Under the pieces are notes generated by a model, which searched no databases, was not told the origin of the DNA, and saw only the letters and a list, made by a program, of their open reading frames with translations. Below, in pieces: positions 27,277 through 32,000 of a stretch of 32,000 bases of DNA. Origin of the DNA: an uncultured archaeon (GTDB lineage: Archaea; Thermoproteota; Nitrososphaeria; Nitrososphaerales; Gagatemarchaeaceae); assembly GCA_963759195.1 (NCBI GenBank), contig CAVWXJ010000008.1:27898-59897 (forward strand). The letters run 5' to 3'. The stretch's first letter is position 1. Each line of letters opens with the position of its first letter. The position numbers and the translations under genes were made by a program.

Positions 27277-27840
27277 GTCCCATAAGGCCGTCTTCGCTCA
27301 GGGTGCTTCGGGCAGAGGTTCCTTGCGTGGCCTCTGTCGGACTTGGGCTAGTGGCCTCGGGTCGCAATGAGGTAGCGCCCTTATCCGCATTTACACCGAG
27401 CTTCAGACAGATACTGCCTCGGTACCTGCCTGTCGGCTGGCCTCGCGTGTGCTGGGGAGCACCCGCGTCCCTAGGCGGGAATTGTGCAGCCACGCTTCGT
27501 GTCGGGCAAGGCTTTCACTGCCTACCGTAAGGTCCAGGGACTTGTACCCGTAGTTTGGCACAATCGGTGTGTTAAGCCGCCCAGAAACACAATCACCTGT
27601 CCCGAACCGCTTAACAGTTGAAACGCCCGCATCTGACAGAGGGAGGCTCCGACACACTCTGATTGCGAAAAGACGCCAGAATCAGCCTTCTTGAGGGGAG
27701 ATGCCCCTCAAGTCTATCTGACAGGTTCTCCAATGCTGAACACATCGAACTCCGTTCAGCGGCTCTCCTCGAAGCGTGTCTCGAATTCTTTGCCTTCCAT
27801 TTCTTCACCGCAATCGTCACGAGAACTGGCAGGATATTGG

Positions 27841-28212
27841 CTACCTTGACTTGGCGCGTCTGTACCTCTCTCTGATCGAGAGTTGATACACGAATACAGA
27901 AAGGAACAGTATTATGATGAATTGGCGTACATCGAATTGAACGCCAAGAAACGAATCTAGGATTTCAAAGGCGTACCAATCTATTATGCCCACCATGAGG
28001 ATTGCAACCACGGAATCGAGTACGACTCGCCTTGGCGAAATGGGAACCAGAGCAGTCGGTAGCTCAACACGCACGCAATTTTCGCTACCGCGCACGTACT
28101 CCTTGTGCGTTTCACACCACACCGCGTCGCAATACAGGCATCTGAAATATTCATGGCCGCTGCTAATCAGTCCGCCAGCACGTGCTTCGAACTCCCACTT
28201 GTGCTCTCTCAT
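27841..28212 (-). CDS. Hypothetical protein with Cys/His N-terminal region and hydrophobic C-terminal segments
   Basis: EYFRCLYCDAVWCETHKEYVRGSENC followed by two hydrophobic stretches (VVLDSVVAILMVGIIDWYAF, FIIILFLSVFVYQLSI). Confidence 0.5.
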   Translation of the reverse strand: MREHKWEFEARAGGLISSGHEYFRCLYCDAVWCETHKEYVRGSENCVRVELPTALVPISPRRVVLDSVVAILMVGIIDWYAFEILDSFLGVQFDVRQFIIILFLSVFVYQLSIRERYRRAKSR

Positions 28213-28454
28213 TCATTGTCAATTATTTTCCTTCCAACCTCATAAGTGTTCTTGAGGCCTGTGCGCGTTGAGAAGAATCTCTTGTTCACTGCTTTGCGTT
28301 CAAGCTTGAGAGACGACGGAATTCCATTACTCTCCTCTGTTCTTCGTCGTTGCTTGCTCTCTCCCTTTCTAGTCCCTGCTGATTTGAGGGTTAATCGAGC
28401 TCGCTCGGAATCCTTAATATCGCATTCGGGATAATCTTCCTTGCTGATTCTGGC

Positions 28455-28676
28455 TTGACATTTCAGATTGCATGTTCAACATGCGGTTGCACGCTCTACT
28501 CCGGGTTCAACCTTAGGAACCCAGCAGACGTCCTGAAGCCGTTGGGCTCCAGGTGCAAGAAGTGCGGAGCAAATCTCTCGAGAGACCATTTCAAGGTCGA
28601 TGTTTGGAGGTCTGAGGACGTCATTGTATCGGCGGAGAACCCGCAGCCTCTTCTGTACGCTCAGGCATCGAAGTGA
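28455..28676 (+). CDS. Small zinc-ribbon protein
   Basis: IACSTCGCTLYSGFNLRNPADVLKPLGSRCKKCGANLSRDHFKVDV: two CxxCG knuckles. Confidence 0.6.
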   Translation: MTFQIACSTCGCTLYSGFNLRNPADVLKPLGSRCKKCGANLSRDHFKVDVWRSEDVIVSAENPQPLLYAQASK

Positions 28677-28879
28677 CGCCAGAGCGCTTCGGCCTCCCCA
28701 ATTGAGCGCTTCGATCAGCCGAGCGCCATCGATTACGTTCTTCTTACGGCATCGCTGAGCTTCACAGGAACCTCGGCCAAGGCTAGCATGCGTAAGTGCT
28801 GGTCGACACCTGTCTGGGGCTTTCAGAATGACTGGCTTAGGCTTGCGTATATACGTGGAGACAAGAAATCAAGAGAAAA

Positions 28880-29077
28880 ATGAGCCGCGGTGGATCTCCT
28901 TCACCGAGCCCGCTGGGACCGCTAACTTACAGGTGTCGGTACTGCGGGAAGGTGGTGAAGCCGGAGAAGCAAGCCGGGAACTTTACCCTGGCGAACATAG
29001 TTGTGATTGAACCCGATGGGTCAGTGCGCAAGGCTTGCAGGAGGTGCGCGAACCTGCCACTCAAGGTGCCGAGATGA
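28880..29077 (+). CDS. Small zinc-ribbon-like protein
   Basis: YRCRYCGKVVKPEKQAGNFTLANIVVIEPDGSVRKACRRCANLPLKVPR: CxxC...CxxC. Confidence 0.6.
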   Translation: MSRGGSPSPSPLGPLTYRCRYCGKVVKPEKQAGNFTLANIVVIEPDGSVRKACRRCANLPLKVPR

Positions 29078-29212
29078 GCTGGAACCACGAGTCGGTTCAC
29101 CAAGACTTCGAAGCGCCCGGTACTAGCGTGGCTCTTCTATCATCGTACGGAATTCCTTCCGATTCGAACCTTTGACCTCCAACCCCGATCGCGGGTGCTA
29201 GTACCAAAAACC

Positions 29213-29260
29213 CCTAAACGAGTACCAAGCCAATCCAGCACTGAAAACACCGCTAAACGT
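29213..29260 (-). repeat. Dispersed 48-nt repeat, copy B (inverted relative to copy A)
   Basis: Reverse complement acgtttagcggtgttttcagtgctggattggcttggtactcgtttagg; 40/48 identical to 17053-17100. Confidence 0.8.
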
Positions 29261-29469
29261 CCCATTCCAGTACTGAGTTCCGTGTCGTTGCCGTCAGACC
29301 CTATCGCTTCGACATTGCTGCTGCATTCATACGAGGTTTGATTGACGTGAAGAGCGGGAACCGAGACCACTCGCTTAGAGCAAGGCAAGGCGACCGATCA
29401 AAGCCCTTCGACTTGAGGGGCCATTCGAAGCTCCGAGCACGACGAATGAAGGCATGGGCACGCCATTAT

Positions 29470-30906
29470 TCACATTGTTCGTTGGGGGGTCACCTGAACC
29501 TGCTCCAAGAAGAACCTCCTCGTCTCGCCAGAAGCTGGAGCGTCTATCGGGTCGATACTGACGATGACCGGGAGGTTGTTGACCGCGTGCCCCAGCAACA
29601 GGCAAACTCGGGGTGGCAGCGTCCTGACGATGGCCCGCACAGTGTCCGTGTCGACAGTTGAGGCCTGAGAGAGCATGGAAAGGTCTCCATCGTTGCTGAA
29701 GTTGTAGAGGAACATGTTGTCGACCTGCCTGTAGATCCTCTGGTCGATGGCGTCGGGTTGGTTCGTGACGAACACCGTGAAGACGCCAAAGTGCCTCATC
29801 CTGGTGATGAGGTCCTCCCAGTACGTGTCCCTGAGGTAAAGGTGCGCCTCCTCGGCGAATAGGAAGACCGGAGGCACCTTCCTTTGCTCCAGAAGTTCGA
29901 CGAGCTTGGAAAGAATCAGCTCCACAGTCATTTTGCGGTTGAGCGGGGAAACCCCGCTGAGGGAGATGACGAGGGAGCCGCCGCTCTTCGAGGAACGGAA
30001 GAACTCGAGGAGGTCGAACTGCTTCTCCGGCGAGTCAGAGAAGAGCCCGCACGACGCGAGCGTGTGGTAGCGGGCGAAGAGCGCGTCCCTGACGAACTCG
30101 TTGCAGTGCCATTGGTGGATTGCTCCCTCCAGTGTACCCAAAGAAAGGTCGCCTCTGTCCTCCAGGGTCTCCCATATCTTCACAAACTCCCGCAGGGAAG
30201 TTCCGGGCATCTCCAAGGAATGTGTCAGCACCGACGTAATCGACCGCAGCCCAACTGAGGACAATGAGAGCTTCATGTCCCTGCCTGGCCTCAACACCTT
30301 GACGTGTGGGGCGAGGCTCGTCCTGCTCCCGTCCCTCCTCTGACCGATGGTCCCGTATTCGTCATTCAAGTCGAAGACTATGCTGTAGGCACCGTGCTCG
30401 AGCAGCCCGCGGAGTAGAATCTTGGCGAGGTGCGACTTGCCCGATTCCTTCCGTCCGGTGATGACCGTTATTCTTCCGTCGAACGCCTCGGCGGCCACGC
30501 TGAACTCGGAATTGCCGTCGACGCTCCCGAGCCTGATCATCCTCCTGCCTAGGGAGGCAACGCTCTCAGCCAGGTCGCTCACGAGGAGTCTTCGCAACCG
30601 GGAGTTTGTCCTGGACGGCATCCAGTCTATGCGAGGACTGAGCCTGCCTCGCGTGATTGTTCCCCGTGCCTTACAAAGAAGCACCCTCATGTCCCTGATC
30701 TGAGCAGACATCGTTGAGACTTCGGTGGGGTCTTCGGTTACGCCAGGGGTCGAAACGGAGAGGATTTCTTCCCGGGCTATCTCCTCCTCTATGCCCTCTA
30801 TGTCCAGGTAATGCTCGTCGTAAATCTGGAGGACCAGGCTCATCTTTTCCTGGGTTGCGAGGATGTAGTCGCCCACCTTGACATCCTCCTTGGCAGTGGC
30901 GACCAC
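29470..30906 (-). CDS. herA: HerA-type DNA-translocating ATPase
   Basis: ITVITGRKESGKSHLAKILLRGLLEHG (Walker A), PPVFLFAEEAHLYL (Walker B), FVTNQPDAIDQRIYRQVDNMFLYNF; adjacent to a NurA-like gene. Confidence 0.88.
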   Translation of the reverse strand: MVATAKEDVKVGDYILATQEKMSLVLQIYDEHYLDIEGIEEEIAREEILSVSTPGVTEDPTEVSTMSAQIRDMRVLLCKARGTITRGRLSPRIDWMPSRTNSRLRRLLVSDLAESVASLGRRMIRLGSVDGNSEFSVAAEAFDGRITVITGRKESGKSHLAKILLRGLLEHGAYSIVFDLNDEYGTIGQRRDGSRTSLAPHVKVLRPGRDMKLSLSSVGLRSITSVLTHSLEMPGTSLREFVKIWETLEDRGDLSLGTLEGAIHQWHCNEFVRDALFARYHTLASCGLFSDSPEKQFDLLEFFRSSKSGGSLVISLSGVSPLNRKMTVELILSKLVELLEQRKVPPVFLFAEEAHLYLRDTYWEDLITRMRHFGVFTVFVTNQPDAIDQRIYRQVDNMFLYNFSNDGDLSMLSQASTVDTDTVRAIVRTLPPRVCLLLGHAVNNLPVIVSIDPIDAPASGETRRFFLEQVQVTPQRTM

Positions 30907-30944
30907 GATAATGTCGTCCGCGTCCTTACGCAGAATCTTCAGGT

Positions 30945-31950
30945 TCAGGCTCCTCCTCTGAAGCTCCCCAGCGCAATTGTCCTGAGGGTGAACGTCGGTA
31001 GCTGCCTGAACCTGAACCGCTTCGTCACATAGGCCTTCAGCGCCTGGTCCTCAGCCTTTGAGAAAATGGAGAGGTGATGCGCGGCTTTCAACGACTCCGG
31101 GTACCCTGCAGCAAAGGAGTCATTCCAGAGGAGCCTCCCAAGAGCATTCTCCACCGGCTCACGCAGCCCGGCTAGGTCGAGCCTGAAGACGAGGCCGTCG
31201 GGTGCGAATTTGGCAAGGACCGTCTTCACGGGCCCACTATCGAGAAGGTGGAAGGAGGCCGAGCTCGACTTCGAGAGAGACGCCACAGCTCCTTCGGAGA
31301 CGATTAGTGTGCTCGACTTTGAGAACCCGATAAGGCAGTTACCCCCGGGAAGAGGCGTTGGACCCGAGTTGTGCTGTCCAAAAGGATGCTTCAGCGAACC
31401 GTCCGCAATGACAATCATCTCGCTATCGGATGAGAGAAGAGATTCGACCACCCGACCCTCGACGATATTCCTGACAACCCTCTCCGCAATCCCGTGGTCC
31501 GCCAGCAGCAGGCCCATCTCGGCTGAAGAAAGCTCCGACTGCAGACCAGTCATTCCCGAAGCAGAGAGGTAGACCAGGATGGGACCCAGCCTGAAGAAGC
31601 GGCGCAGGGCGCCTTCCCTCGAGATGCCAACAGCTGTCCTCGCAGCGTACAGCGCGCCGTCGGTGGTCTCACCGACCAGGACGCATGTCGAGTCGACTGA
31701 CGCGACCGGTCGCCCTTCTTTGATAGGAACTATGCACCCAGGGACCTGTGTCGCGTCTGTCTCCTCGAAGTACGGATACAGCTGCTTCCCGTATCTGCTG
31801 AAGATGAAGCTCCTGCCTGACGAGCTCCCTCTCCGCGTTCTGAGCCAGGTCTTCGAATCCCTGCCTGAACTCCCTCGCGATGGAGTCAAACAGCTCGAGG
31901 TTGTCTGTGTCGGGAAGGCTTATTACGCTGCTGTCCATGTTGGCCAACAA
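30945..31950 (-). CDS. nurA: NurA-like 5'-3' nuclease, apparently split between two minus-strand frames near 31740-31830
   Basis: C-terminal frame: GRPVASVDSTCVLVGE...MIVIADGSLKHP...LVFRLDLAG (NurA-like acidic motifs). N-terminal frame: MDSSVISLPDTDNLELFDSIAREFRQGFEDLAQNAERE. Next to herA. Confidence 0.65.
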
Positions 31951-32000
31951 TAGGTAGGCACGAAGGGTAGATAAAGATTGCGCAAGTTGGCCAATAACAA

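Noticed and set aside
29150-29230. Possible minus-strand tRNA containing GGTTCGAATC
   Set aside because: T-stem flanks (AAAGG/CGGAA) do not pair and no cloverleaf is apparent.
1-32000. CRISPR arrays, cas genes, toxin-antitoxin pairs, integrases or reverse transcriptases
   Set aside because: Looked for regularly spaced direct repeats and characteristic protein motifs; none were seen. HerA-NurA is interpreted as the housekeeping archaeal resection pair because no defence-type partner gene is adjacent.

Overview
This 32 kb window is archaeal. It carries archaeal-type RNA polymerase subunit P, TBP, Alba, a CDC48/VAT AAA ATPase, HerA/NurA and an archaeal mevalonate-entry gene trio; the gene set suggests a Nitrososphaeria/TACK-like lineage, which is an inference from gene content. 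Positions 1-16.7 kb are mostly ordinary core and metabolic genes: a truncated DPM-like glycosyltransferase, acs, rpoP, HMG-CoA synthase/thiolase/DUF35, an NhaP-type antiporter, glyS, DUF92, a NirK-like multicopper protein, a MurG/UGT-like glycosyltransferase and an XRE-type regulator. They are interrupted by an extraordinarily C-depleted tract and a decayed SWIM/Zn-ribbon/DDE transposase at 2.6-4.4 kb. Positions 17-29.3 kb are looser. They hold a YkgJ-like protein, an inverted pair of small paralogous genes flanking alba and short basic ORFs, tbp, cdc48, a transposase fossil, a coiled-coil protein with an S-[VIMS]-P-punctuated repeat, a 37-aa single-TM ORF and several small zinc-ribbon ORFs. 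A 48-nt inverted dispersed repeat, each copy next to a tRNA-T-arm-like motif, brackets this segment. HerA and an apparently frameshifted NurA close the window. The best candidates for undescribed biology are: (1) a signal-anchored MoaD/ThiS-like beta-grasp protein ending in Gly-Gly, immediately downstream of a NirK-like/plastocyanin fusion; (2) the alba / Lys-Ala peptide / duplicated small gene / tbp neighbourhood; (3) the 169-nt tract with no C; (4) the S-x-P coiled-coil repeat protein and its coiled-coil and small-TM neighbours. No CRISPR array or intact tRNA/rRNA gene could be supported.
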